Below, one piece after another: positions 54,627-64,000 of a DNA stretch of 64,000 bases; the first letter of the stretch is position 1, and every line of letters begins with the position of its first letter. Position numbers and translations under genes: made by a program. The stretch spans positions 225 through 64,224 of the forward strand of contig JAKAKZ010000004.1 of assembly GCA_021824285.1 (NCBI GenBank). The letters run 5' to 3'. A model generated the notes under the pieces. The model was not told the DNA's origin and ran no database searches. It saw only the letters and a list, made by a program, of their open reading frames with translations. The DNA is from a bacterium (GTDB lineage: Bacteria; Patescibacteriota; Patescibacteriia; SG8-24).

Positions 54627-57600
54627 TTAAGGTTTGACGACGATTTCTCCGGCGAACGTGTCCCAGGCCGTGTTGTAGCTGTCGCAGACGCCGCCGCCGG
54701 CGTTGGTTCCGGTATCCGGTCCGACGCAGAGCCCGTTCGGGTTGGCGACCGTCTTGTTGCCGGCGGAATCCAGCAGCAAGCCGCTGCAGGAACCGCTGCA
54801 CACGCCCCAATAATCCGTGAACTGGACGCGCGGCTTGAAGTGACACATGGAGCCGTCCTGGCACGGATACTTGTTGCCGTCGCAGGCCGGGAAGGTGGAG
54901 AGGTCGGAAGCCGTGCAGGTGTAGAGGATGGATTCGCGGAAGTACCGCGTGACACAGGACTCCGGCGTCTTGCCCCACTCGGTCGTGCCGGCGCAGATTT
55001 CCGTCGGGGCGGCACCAGAGGTGGCCGGCTTGATCACGCCGCGCTGATTCTTGTAGAGGCCCTTGGTCTCCACGTAGTCGGCGCTCACGATATTGGGATT
55101 TTTGTAAGTCGCGCCGTTGGCGTCGAAGCGCTTCTTGACGAGCGGCATGTGGTCCTTATCCGCGTAGCCGTAATAGGTGATGTTAGCCAAGTAGGAGCCG
55201 CCGCCGGCCGTATTGCCCACCTGGCCGCTCACGAAGCCGTCGACGGTCATCGCATTGGTCCCATCCTCTTCGCAGGCCCAATCGTTGACCGACGGATAGC
55301 AGCGCTGGCGCGTCGTGGCGGTAGAGCCCGAACCGATGATTTCCGGCGCAGTCAGGGCGGCGGCGACTTTCGGCTGGCTGTTCGCGCCGGCATCGGCCAT
55401 GACCGCAGTCATGCCCCAACCGGTGCCGGACGACAGACCGTAGGCCGTGCCGGTAAGTCCGTAGCGGCCATAGGACTGCACGAACATCTTCTGGAGCTCC
55501 GCTTGGGTATAAGTGTTGCCGGCGGCGGCGAAACCGACGTCGAACCGCTTGACCGGAGGATTGGTTCCCATCGGGTCGGTCTTCACGAAGCCCTTATTGT
55601 TGTTGTTACCGGCGCCGCCGCGCAGGGCCGACCAGAGCGGCAGACCGGAGGTGTACGGTGCGTCGCTGCCGAAGACACCGTTTGCCGCCGGCGTGGCCGG
55701 GAACACGTGCCCGTAGGGGGCGATGTCCTGGGAAGTCTTATTGTCGGCATCCTCCGGATTGTAGATATCTACCGTAACTCCATAAGGGATGCCCAAGTCG
55801 TTGGCCAGCTTCATCTTGAACTGGTTGGTCTTGACGATGGCCGGGGTGTTGGTCGAGGAGCTGCCGCCCAAATCCGTGTATTCGCGGCACTGCTCGCGGA
55901 GATAGACGGTAACAGTGCCCTCGCGGTTCACGGTCACGCTGTGGTTCCGATCAAGAATTCCGGTGCCGGACGCAAAGATGTCGTGACCGACGCACCAGAG
56001 ACTGCCGATGCTGCTTAGGGTGCCGTTGTCCCAGTTGGCCTGCGCATACATGCAGCCCTTGTCCTTGTCGATGGCGTCAGAGGCCCCGGTGGTGTTCGCC
56101 TGATCGCCGCACTTAAAGCCAGTGGCGTCATAATGCGGCGCGCAGAACGGACTGATGCCGCTACTGGTCCACTCGCCGGTAGACAGGAATTCCGTAGCTG
56201 GCGGCTGCGGCGGGTCCGCGCTCCCCTTCCAGCCAACCTCGAATTTCCAGCCGTTCGATGGCGTCAGCCAGAAATCAGTTATGGCGTTATCGGTAAAGTC
56301 GCGGCTGTAATGCTTAACCGAAATTTTGATGGCCGCGACATCATTGATGCTCAAGCCCACGGAACTGACATCAGAATTGTGGACGTCTTTTGTCGTCCAA
56401 TTGGCCGCAAGCCGCTTTTCGCCCCAAATCCAGGCTGACCAGAACATGTCGTTCCACAACCATGATGGAGGGGCACCGCCAGGATTGTTCTCCAGTTCAT
56501 ACAGGCCGACCTGATACTCATCGGTACACTGATAGTCAGGCGAATTGCTTGTGTAGGCGTCAATACCGCCCGCGAGCATACCGATGGTGCATCCGACAAG
56601 CGGAACCGTGGCGCATGCAATCGCCATTTCAGACGCGATTCTTGCCCAGTTAGGGCAATTCCTAACGGTTGTAGACCAATGATCGGTCCAGATGATGTTT
56701 GAATACTGCCCGGTCGGCCAGCCCTTGGACGCGTACTTGCCCGGCACGTTGACCTTATCGGAGCAGTAGAGCAGCTTGTCGACTCCGGCATCGATGGCCG
56801 GATCGAAACCGGCTTCCGGATACTGGTTATAGATGTCCGGCTGGCCGGAGAGCTGGTCCACCGGGAGCCACTGCAGGCAATGGTACTGGTCCGGCGTGCC
56901 GTTGATGCGCGTGCCGTAGTCCTTGTCGATGCAGATGCCGGTCCAGCCGGTGGCGTTCCGGGCCTTGGTCTTGGCGGAGCAGGAGCCGGTGCTCGCGTCC
57001 GCGCCGGTCGCGGCGCATGACGCGTTGCTCGTGCAGGGCTGTCCGAGTTTGGTGGCGTCGCCCATGGTGCAGACGCTGTTATCCATGGCGGTGCCGACCG
57101 GCTTGAAGACCGAGAAGCCGGGACCGTAATCGGCGCGGCTGTAGGAGCAGTCGCAGGCGTTGTTCAGGCCGGACGAATCGCTGTCCAAGCAGAGATTGGC
57201 GCTCTTGAAATTGGAGATCGGCTGGCTCCGGTTGGAGTAGGTGCCGCCCAAAAGCACAGTCTTGCCGTAGGGCGAGTCGGATTCCGGATAGCCGCGGCAC
57301 ATCATGGAAGCGCCGGCGCTCCGGGTGTCGGCCTTCATGGCCGGACCGCCGAAGAGGTCGAAGGCACAGACGCCGTTCTTGGCCTGGGCGTTGGATTTGA
57401 TGCAGCGGCCGTGGTTCTTGTTCGGATCGGGATCGTCGGTGATGACGCACTGGCTGTCGTTGGTGCAGGTCGTGATTATGCCGCCGACGTTGGAGTCGCG
57501 GACGATCGCGGCAACGTAATCCGGACTGCTGTCCTTGTCCGTGAGCGACAGCAGGGCCTCCGGCGGATAGGCGTTCGGGACGGTGTAGCCGGAAAATTCC

Positions 57601-60600
57601 GGTCCGCGATAGCTGATATCGCGGTCCGCGTACTTGTCCACGGTGAAACGGCCGTCCTCGGGCGAGCGCACGGTGAAGTCCACGCACTTAACGCCGCTCG
57701 CGGTCATCTGATACTGCTGGCAGAGCGCCATGGCGACGCATTGCGACTTCCACTTGGTGGAGCTGTTCTCGTCGTAGACCGGCACGGTCTGGCGGCACTC
57801 CAGCCACTCGGAGCACTCGCGGTCGCGGCGGACCTTCAGAATGACGTTGCCGTCGTTCTTCGGCGGTGCGGCGCTGATGTCACGGCAGACCGCTCCCTCG
57901 CACTTCTCGCCATAGCCGGTGCACTGGCTGTCCGCCGTGCAGAACTTGCCGGATTTGGTGCAGGTCTTCGGTCCGCAATCCGCATCCGCGACGCAGCTGC
58001 TGCCCCAAATATCAGTGCCATTCGAGGCGGTCCGGAAGCAGCGGTGGTCGCAGGCCGGATCGCGGACATTCGCGGCCGCCTCGCAGTTCACCGTGGGCAC
58101 GCGGTCGCTGTTCTTGTTGAGATCCTCGTGGCGATAGGTCGCATAAGAGGAGATGCGCTTCACCGGGACACTGGATTGGTTGAAGATCACGCAACCCTGT
58201 TTGAGCGAAGCCGTGCCGGAACAGGAAGACTTGTCCAACTTGTTGTTGTCCATGTAGTAATAGGCCGTACCCTCCGGGTTGGTGTTCGAGGTCTCGAGCG
58301 GATCGATGAACTCCTCGCACCGATTGAACTGTTCGGGGCACTTGCCGACCCAGCCCTGGTAACCGCAGCCGGTCTGGCCGAGCGCCACGCTGCAGACCGG
58401 CGTGCCGGTCTCGGGGCAGGAGCAGCCAAGCGGTTTATTGCAGGCCGCCGCAAGATTGCAGGAGACGTCGCCCTGCTTGGCGATCGGATAGAGAATGCCG
58501 TTCTGCAGCTCGCCCGGGGCGCAGGGAATCAGGGCCCCACCCGAACTCTTGCGGAACCAGCCGTTGCGCTTGGCGCCATCCGGCATGATGATGTCCTCCT
58601 TGTATTCGCAGATCTTGTCGCCTGGATCCTTGAAGAACTTGAGACCGTCCGCGGAGTTGTACTCCTTGCAGCCGAGCGCGGCCTCGGTGCAGAGCTGCTG
58701 GTCGTACTTGGCTGGGTTGTTCTTGATGGCGACATTGTCCCAGCGGTCAATGACGCCGGCGCCGAGCGAGAGCGTACAGGAGGTCTCGCCTTTCTTCATC
58801 AGGCAGAAATTGCCGGTGGCCGTATCCGTGCACTTGCAGGCGTCGTATTTCTGCGAGGTGCAGCCGTAAGCGCCGAAGGAGCAGGAGTCCACGGTGGTGC
58901 AGACGGCCTGCTGGCCGGATTCGTAGTGCAGGCATTGCTTCTCATAGACCTGGTGGGACTGGCCCATGACGCGACAGCCCACAGCCTCGGCTTTGCACTG
59001 GTATTTGACGTCCGCGGCGAGATACAGGCGCTCATCAGCAGCCACGCGGACGCGGTCGGGCGTGGAGAGGAGACATTTATTCGCGGCACCGCAGTCCGTA
59101 TCCGCACTGCAGAGCTTGTTCGCGTCGTTGGAGCACCGGCCGTCCGGCACGGAGACGTCCCAGCCGTCATAGTGGAAGCGGCAGGAGGTTTCGCCGTTCG
59201 GTACGCGGCAGACGTCTTTCAGCACGGCGGCCGGATTGCCGGAAGTCGGATCTTTGACCTTATAATCGCATGGCGTACCCAGGCCGGTCGCCGGCGAAGA
59301 CAGGCTGCAGACCGCGTTCCAGGTCTCGGAGTACGGGTTCTGCAGGGTGTTCTGTGTGTTGACGTAGGTGCCGCAGCCCACGGCGCGGTCGCGGCAGAGC
59401 TGGCTGAACTGGCGCAGGGTGGAAACCTGGCCCTTGGTGTCGCGGTATTCGCGGCAGCCGAGCATCTGGAGCGGGGCCGGCGTGCCGTCCGGCGCGGTGT
59501 TGCAGGAAGCCGGCGTCTGCCAGGAATTCGCGACCGCGTAGATGTTCTCCTGGACTTCGCGCATCACGAAATTGTCGATGTAGGCTGCCTGACCGGAGGG
59601 GTGCAGGGAAAGCGAGGTCAGGGCCGCATTCAGGAAGATGGGGCCGACGGAATAGAGCTTCCAAGAAGGCGATAGCGTGATTGTCGGCAGGGACGGCGTT
59701 GCCGCGGCGGCCGGCACGACGGAGATGGAGAGATTGCCGCTGCCCCGCGCCCAGAAGCTGAAGGAGTAGGAGCGGCCGGATTTGGCGAGGCCCGCAAGAG
59801 AGCGGCTGGCGGTGGCGTTCGCCGTGATGACGAGCGAGTGTCCGCCGACGACCACCGATTCCGCAGACTGCTTGGCGTCGGCCGCGGGCGTCCAGCCGGC
59901 CGTGCCGGATTCGAAATCATCCAGCGCCACCTGCCGGACGTTGCCGGCGGTGTTGCCCTTGTAGGCGCGGCAGCCGGCCAAGGCCGCGGAGCAGGAATCG
60001 CTGCCGGATGCGGTGAAGCGGTAAACGCAGGTCAGGGTGGTTTCGTTCCAGACGCCGCGGCTGGCTTCGCAGTCGAGTTTCGACTCGGCGATGTCGGTCG
60101 TGCGCGCGGTGATGCGGTTGTAGCGGCAGTCCGCGGTCGCGAGCACGGTCTGCGACAGGCGGCGGTAATGGCGGTTGCCGTCCTGGTCATAGAACTCGCG
60201 ACAGTCGAAGTCGCCCTGCTCGATGTCGGCGCGGGAACAGTAGCCGGTCGTATCCTGGTCGTTGCAGGTGAAGGCCTGCGTCACGGCGCTGCGCGTGAGC
60301 GCGGTGCATGGCGCAAACCCGGCATTGGCGCAGCTGCCTGGCGTGGTGCAGACATCGGAAGCGTTGTGGCCCGCGCTCTGGTCCGGAACCGTCGCGGCGG
60401 TCTTGCGCATGCTCCACTCCTTGATTTCGTAGCCTTGGGTGTCTGATCCTTCCCATGTATAGAAGGTCTGCGTTTCCGGATCCGTCGGCAGCTGGCACTG
60501 CTGCACTCTCTTATAATATGAAACCTGTTCGTTCTCGATATCCGTGAACTCGGAACAGCCGACGTCCGCGGCCGAACAGGCCTGGGCGGTCTTAGGGATG

Positions 60601-63434
60601 AAGTAGACCGGGAACTTGTCGCGCTCAAACGCGGTTGCCTCCTGCTTGAAGACGTCGTAACCGACGCACTCGGCCGGACAGCGATCACCATCGTTGACGA
60701 TGGCCGGGACGGCCGGGTCGCCGTTGGCCGGCGTATAGCGGTCACAGCCGACTTCGGTCTCACGGCAGATGGCAGCGTAGTTGGCGCAGGCAGCCGGATC
60801 ATTGCCCTCGCCTTTGCAGCCGAGTTCCGGCGGAGGAAGTTTGAGGTTGGCGTACTGCAGGTCGCCGCCGTACTGCTCATGGAAATCCGTCAGATTCCCC
60901 TCTTCCACCTGAACGTCGTCGGCCAGCAGGTAATCGTTGCCGTTGTTCACGAGACTCAACGTGGCGCTCGCCACGCGGTCGTCTGACACCATGAAGGAGC
61001 AGGAGAGGCGGTATTTGGTGAGCGCGTTGGCCGCGGTCAGGCGCACGCCGCCGCCGGTGGCGGTGCAGGTCGTGCCGCCCGGGGAATCCGTAAAGATTAG
61101 GGAGGCCGGGACGGTCAACGAAGTGCCTTGTTTGTCGGAGAACACCAGGCTGACCCTGGCATCGATGCCGGTCTTGCCGGTCTGAGTCAGGAAAACGGCG
61201 GAAACAGTGGTCGTCTTGAAAGGACGGACCGCGATGCCGACCTGGGACACGGATTGGGTGCGCTCGACCGTCATGGCATGGCTGCCGTGCGAAATCGGCT
61301 GGGGTGCGGTCGAGACGTAGCCGGAAGCGCCGGTCGCGGACACGTTGGCCATCGGCCACCAGAAGTTCGCGTGCTGGGCCGCACTGCCGTTGTTGTCGAA
61401 ATCCTCTATGGTCTCGAAACCGGGGTTGCGCACGAGGTTCAGCGACGAGCCGGCCGGCAGCATGGCCACGGCGCTGCAGCCGTCGTCCGCCGCCTGGCAT
61501 TTTTCGGCCTGGCGGTTCAGGTACAGCTGCGGCGCGGAATTCCAGGCCTGGTCCACGCTGGCAGGAGCGGCGGCGGTGTTGAGCGACGTGGAGTAGGCGG
61601 TGCAGCCCACGTTATCGCTGCCGCAGATGCCGGCATCGACCGTATTCAGCAGATAACTCACCTGTTTCTTCGTGGAAGTATCCGTGAGCGTGCGGCAGGA
61701 GGCGAACTGCGCCGGACACCGGTCGCCGTCGAAGCGCCAGACGTTCTTCTCCTGGGTGCAGTAGCCGTAGGAATCGCCGATGCAGTTGCCGGCATCGTCC
61801 TGCTTAAGGCAGGTGCGCTCATCGACGCACTCCTCGTTACGCTTCGGAGAATCCGGGCTCAACAGCGTCGGACCGAAGGCCTGTGCCTTGCACACCACCG
61901 GCGGTATCTTCACGACCCAGTCAGGATCGATCAGATGACAGTACGGGGTCGTCTGGCTCCAATGGCCGTTCTGATCGCATTCGGTGAAACGGGCGATGGC
62001 CGCACTGAGAGTAATCGCCTTGCTGGGATTGGTCTGGGCCTGCTGTGCGGCGAGTTCCCAACCGATCGGCAGGACACGGAGAGCGCGGAGTTTCTTGAGG
62101 TTAGCCTCGCAATAGCCGCTCGCGTAACATGTCCGGCTGCTGTCGGCCAGCGGATCGGTCGCGGGGATGAGTTTCCAGTCTCCGTGCAGGGCGCCGGTGG
62201 CGATCAGTTCCCGGACGGTCATCGGCTTGATGCGGGATTCGGTCAAGGCCTGCGCCAATTTGGCGTCGATGCTGCAGTTGTCCGGAGTGCGGCCCTGCGT
62301 TTCGCCGGGACAAATGGACATGTCGGCGACCGGGTCGATGGCCCCCGGTTCCTTGGGCTTGGCGACCGCATACTGCGGCGCGATGGCCTGGGCCACGGAT
62401 TGCGGCGTGGCAGAGACAGGATTGCTCAAGAAGTCGTAGGGCAGGTTGGGGTCAGCGGCGATGAGCATCTCGTTCGACATCATGCCGTTGACCATCTTGT
62501 TCCAGAGACGCGAAGCGAGCACCTGGGCGAAAGTGGCGGCCGCGCCGATGAGCGCGCCGACGATGCGGTTGCCTGACACCTGCGCGTTCGTGGACTGTTG
62601 GCCGGCTTCGGCCGTGCCCTTGTCCTTGGCGTCCTTGGCGTTCTCGGCTTCCTGCTTGACTTGGGAGGCCGGCGTCTTCACGCGCCCGGAGACCATATCG
62701 TAGATGCCGGAAAAGCCACCGCCAGCCGTGGCCTCATACTGCCGCTTGGCGGTATCGAGCTCCTGCGACTTCAGCCCCTGGGATTTGAGCGCCTCCTGGG
62801 CGGACATGAAAGTATCCGCCGGAGACTGGCCGGGGATGAACTGCAGGGAGACGTTCTTCATCAGCTCGCTGGGCTTCAGCGTCGAGGCTGCGCTTTCCCA
62901 GTTCTTGATGACATTATTGAAATCGCACTTCGGCTTCGGCGGCTGGTATTCGTCCATGATGCCGAGACCGACGTTGAGTTTGAACTTGAAATCAATGCCC
63001 TTCGGTTCGCAGAGGTTCAGACCGAGCTTCTCCAGACCGGATTCCTGGGAGAAGGTGCCGATGGCCTCGCCGAGGCCGCCCATGAGCGCGTCCTTCATGC
63101 CGGATTCGAACGACTTGCTGTTCCAGCAGGGCTTCTGGCCCGGGCAGTCGCTCGTGAGCGCCACGGCCGCCTGATAGGCAATCTGGTTGATGGTGTAGGA
63201 AAAGAGGTTGCTGGCGGCGGAGGTGATGGCCGGGACCGCGAACTCCTTGATGGTGTCGATGATCGTGTCCTTGGTCTTCATGACGTTCCCCGGAACGTCC
63301 ACGACCGGCAGGTCGGCGCGGGCCGGCTGCGGCGAGAGGAGGATGAACGAGGCCGAAGACACCGTCAGGGTGATGCCGAACAGCAGCGCGGCCAGCGCTT
63401 TCTTGAGCCGGTGGATGTAGCTGGAGGACTTCAT
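54627..63434 (-). CDS. Giant (2935 aa) secreted Cys-rich protein with CBM-like domains
   Basis: Signal peptide ending PARA; NLVRNPGFE and DDFESG..W carbohydrate-binding-like modules; repeated C-x3-x-[DSQ]-C motifs. Confidence 0.88.
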   Translation of the reverse strand: MKSSSYIHRLKKALAALLFGITLTVSSASFILLSPQPARADLPVVDVPGNVMKTKDTIIDTIKEFAVPAITSAASNLFSYTINQIAYQAAVALTSDCPGQKPCWNSKSFESGMKDALMGGLGEAIGTFSQESGLEKLGLNLCEPKGIDFKFKLNVGLGIMDEYQPPKPKCDFNNVIKNWESAASTLKPSELMKNVSLQFIPGQSPADTFMSAQEALKSQGLKSQELDTAKRQYEATAGGGFSGIYDMVSGRVKTPASQVKQEAENAKDAKDKGTAEAGQQSTNAQVSGNRIVGALIGAAATFAQVLASRLWNKMVNGMMSNEMLIAADPNLPYDFLSNPVSATPQSVAQAIAPQYAVAKPKEPGAIDPVADMSICPGETQGRTPDNCSIDAKLAQALTESRIKPMTVRELIATGALHGDWKLIPATDPLADSSRTCYASGYCEANLKKLRALRVLPIGWELAAQQAQTNPSKAITLSAAIARFTECDQNGHWSQTTPYCHLIDPDWVVKIPPVVCKAQAFGPTLLSPDSPKRNEECVDERTCLKQDDAGNCIGDSYGYCTQEKNVWRFDGDRCPAQFASCRTLTDTSTKKQVSYLLNTVDAGICGSDNVGCTAYSTSLNTAAAPASVDQAWNSAPQLYLNRQAEKCQAADDGCSAVAMLPAGSSLNLVRNPGFETIEDFDNNGSAAQHANFWWPMANVSATGASGYVSTAPQPISHGSHAMTVERTQSVSQVGIAVRPFKTTTVSAVFLTQTGKTGIDARVSLVFSDKQGTSLTVPASLIFTDSPGGTTCTATGGGVRLTAANALTKYRLSCSFMVSDDRVASATLSLVNNGNDYLLADDVQVEEGNLTDFHEQYGGDLQYANLKLPPPELGCKGEGNDPAACANYAAICRETEVGCDRYTPANGDPAVPAIVNDGDRCPAECVGYDVFKQEATAFERDKFPVYFIPKTAQACSAADVGCSEFTDIENEQVSYYKRVQQCQLPTDPETQTFYTWEGSDTQGYEIKEWSMRKTAATVPDQSAGHNASDVCTTPGSCANAGFAPCTALTRSAVTQAFTCNDQDTTGYCSRADIEQGDFDCREFYDQDGNRHYRRLSQTVLATADCRYNRITARTTDIAESKLDCEASRGVWNETTLTCVYRFTASGSDSCSAALAGCRAYKGNTAGNVRQVALDDFESGTAGWTPAADAKQSAESVVVGGHSLVITANATASRSLAGLAKSGRSYSFSFWARGSGNLSISVVPAAAATPSLPTITLSPSWKLYSVGPIFLNAALTSLSLHPSGQAAYIDNFVMREVQENIYAVANSWQTPASCNTAPDGTPAPLQMLGCREYRDTKGQVSTLRQFSQLCRDRAVGCGTYVNTQNTLQNPYSETWNAVCSLSSPATGLGTPCDYKVKDPTSGNPAAVLKDVCRVPNGETSCRFHYDGWDVSVPDGRCSNDANKLCSADTDCGAANKCLLSTPDRVRVAADERLYLAADVKYQCKAEAVGCRVMGQSHQVYEKQCLHYESGQQAVCTTVDSCSFGAYGCTSQKYDACKCTDTATGNFCLMKKGETSCTLSLGAGVIDRWDNVAIKNNPAKYDQQLCTEAALGCKEYNSADGLKFFKDPGDKICEYKEDIIMPDGAKRNGWFRKSSGGALIPCAPGELQNGILYPIAKQGDVSCNLAAACNKPLGCSCPETGTPVCSVALGQTGCGYQGWVGKCPEQFNRCEEFIDPLETSNTNPEGTAYYYMDNNKLDKSSCSGTASLKQGCVIFNQSSVPVKRISSYATYRHEDLNKNSDRVPTVNCEAAANVRDPACDHRCFRTASNGTDIWGSSCVADADCGPKTCTKSGKFCTADSQCTGYGEKCEGAVCRDISAAPPKNDGNVILKVRRDRECSEWLECRQTVPVYDENSSTKWKSQCVAMALCQQYQMTASGVKCVDFTVRSPEDGRFTVDKYADRDISYRGPEFSGYTVPNAYPPEALLSLTDKDSSPDYVAAIVRDSNVGGIITTCTNDSQCVITDDPDPNKNHGRCIKSNAQAKNGVCAFDLFGGPAMKADTRSAGASMMCRGYPESDSPYGKTVLLGGTYSNRSQPISNFKSANLCLDSDSSGLNNACDCSYSRADYGPGFSVFKPVGTAMDNSVCTMGDATKLGQPCTSNASCAATGADASTGSCSAKTKARNATGWTGICIDKDYGTRINGTPDQYHCLQWLPVDQLSGQPDIYNQYPEAGFDPAIDAGVDKLLYCSDKVNVPGKYASKGWPTGQYSNIIWTDHWSTTVRNCPNWARIASEMAIACATVPLVGCTIGMLAGGIDAYTSNSPDYQCTDEYQVGLYELENNPGGAPPSWLWNDMFWSAWIWGEKRLAANWTTKDVHNSDVSSVGLSINDVAAIKISVKHYSRDFTDNAITDFWLTPSNGWKFEVGWKGSADPPQPPATEFLSTGEWTSSGISPFCAPHYDATGFKCGDQANTTGASDAIDKDKGCMYAQANWDNGTLSSIGSLWCVGHDIFASGTGILDRNHSVTVNREGTVTVYLREQCREYTDLGGSSSTNTPAIVKTNQFKMKLANDLGIPYGVTVDIYNPEDADNKTSQDIAPYGHVFPATPAANGVFGSDAPYTSGLPLWSALRGGAGNNNNKGFVKTDPMGTNPPVKRFDVGFAAAGNTYTQAELQKMFVQSYGRYGLTGTAYGLSSGTGWGMTAVMADAGANSQPKVAAALTAPEIIGSGSTATTRQRCYPSVNDWACEEDGTNAMTVDGFVSGQVGNTAGGGSYLANITYYGYADKDHMPLVKKRFDANGATYKNPNIVSADYVETKGLYKNQRGVIKPATSGAAPTEICAGTTEWGKTPESCVTRYFRESILYTCTASDLSTFPACDGNKYPCQDGSMCHFKPRVQFTDYWGVCSGSCSGLLLDSAGNKTVANPNGLCVGPDTGTNAGGGVCDSYNTAWDTFAGEIVVKP

Positions 63435-63548
63435 CTCCGTGACGGTTTACGGATGAATGATGGCGACGGTCGGACCGGATTTAACCGGCATTATCGCGCT
63501 GGCTTATTGTAGCACTGATTCTGTCGGCTGTCCTGTGCTTTTTTGAGC

Positions 63549-64000
63549 TTAATTTCCGGCGGAAAGCTCGCCAATCGTGTCCTTAAGCAGGCGGCGCAGC
63601 GTGGCGTCGTCGTTCTTCGCGATGGCTTGCGGCGGCATACCGATGCTTTCCAGGAAGGAGCGCAGGTCGGCCGAACTCATCTGGTCGACCTTCTGGGCGA
63701 TGTCCGCGTCGCTCATCTTGCTGATGTCGCCGAAAGCTTTGGTGAAGGCCCGGTAGACGGCCGCGTCGGCGGACGATGGCACGGCAGTTCCCGTGCCCTG
63801 CGCCGGGGGGCTAGCCGGAACTGGGGCCGGGGCGGCGGGAGCGGGGGCGGCTACGGCGCGGCACGTCTTGCCCGACGGACAGGTCGGATCGCCGCCGCTC
63901 CTGACCTCTACCCCATCCGGAATGCCATCGGAATCGGAATCGTCGTTGTAGGCGCTCGTATGATAGATGTACATCTCGTCGTAATCGGAAAGACCGTCGC
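63549..64000 (-). CDS. Partial CDS with DxDxDG (thrombospondin type 3-like) Ca-binding repeats, truncated by the window end
   Basis: DGLSDYDE...DSDSDGIPDGVEVRSGGDPTCP; the frame is open to the window edge. Confidence 0.75.
   Translation of the reverse strand, partial: DGLSDYDEMYIYHTSAYNDDSDSDGIPDGVEVRSGGDPTCPSGKTCRAVAAPAPAAPAPVPASPPAQGTGTAVPSSADAAVYRAFTKAFGDISKMSDADIAQKVDQMSSADLRSFLESIGMPPQAIAKNDDATLRRLLKDTIGELSAGN

Noticed and set aside
1-64000. Alternative genetic code (UGA=Gly) as in Gracilibacteria/Absconditabacteria
   Set aside because: Conserved genes such as rlmN and radA end at TGA at their expected C-termini, and long genes are uninterrupted under code 11.

Overview
High-GC bacterial chromosome segment using the standard genetic code (TGA is used as a stop). 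Gene content points to Patescibacteria/CPR, probably an ABY1/Parcubacteria-like lineage; this is inferred from the T4SS-pilin-like proteins, a PrgI-VirB4 cluster, a giant Cys-rich secreted protein, a baseplate-J-like membrane protein and tRNA-Arg(GCG). Housekeeping genes include rlmN, secE, nusG, rplK, rplA, dut, gmk, dnaE, pheS, pheT, rseP, murI, a phosphomannomutase, lemA, htpX, clpC, radA, recG and comF. They are interspersed with short orphan genes that carry their own promoter and RBS. The right end (45-64 kb) holds a Patescibacteria-type T4SS-like locus with a 2935-aa Cys-rich protein. The most unusual signal is non-coding. (1) A 51-56 bp twin-hairpin element occurs 5 times and inserts without target duplication, twice at the identical T-loop position of duplicated tRNA 3' halves. 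(2) A second three-hairpin element family sits in the D-loop or anticodon arm of defective tRNA copies. Each of the three intact tRNAs is therefore flanked by element-disrupted copies of itself. (3) About 10 arrays of 7/8-mer repeats, mostly inverted, fill gene junctions, and one lies in frame inside a T4SS-locus gene. (4) A candidate ~155-nt sRNA with its own promoter and terminator carries two 32-nt repeats. No CRISPR-Cas, integrase, transposase or rRNA was recognised. All calls come from reading the sequence; no database searches were run.
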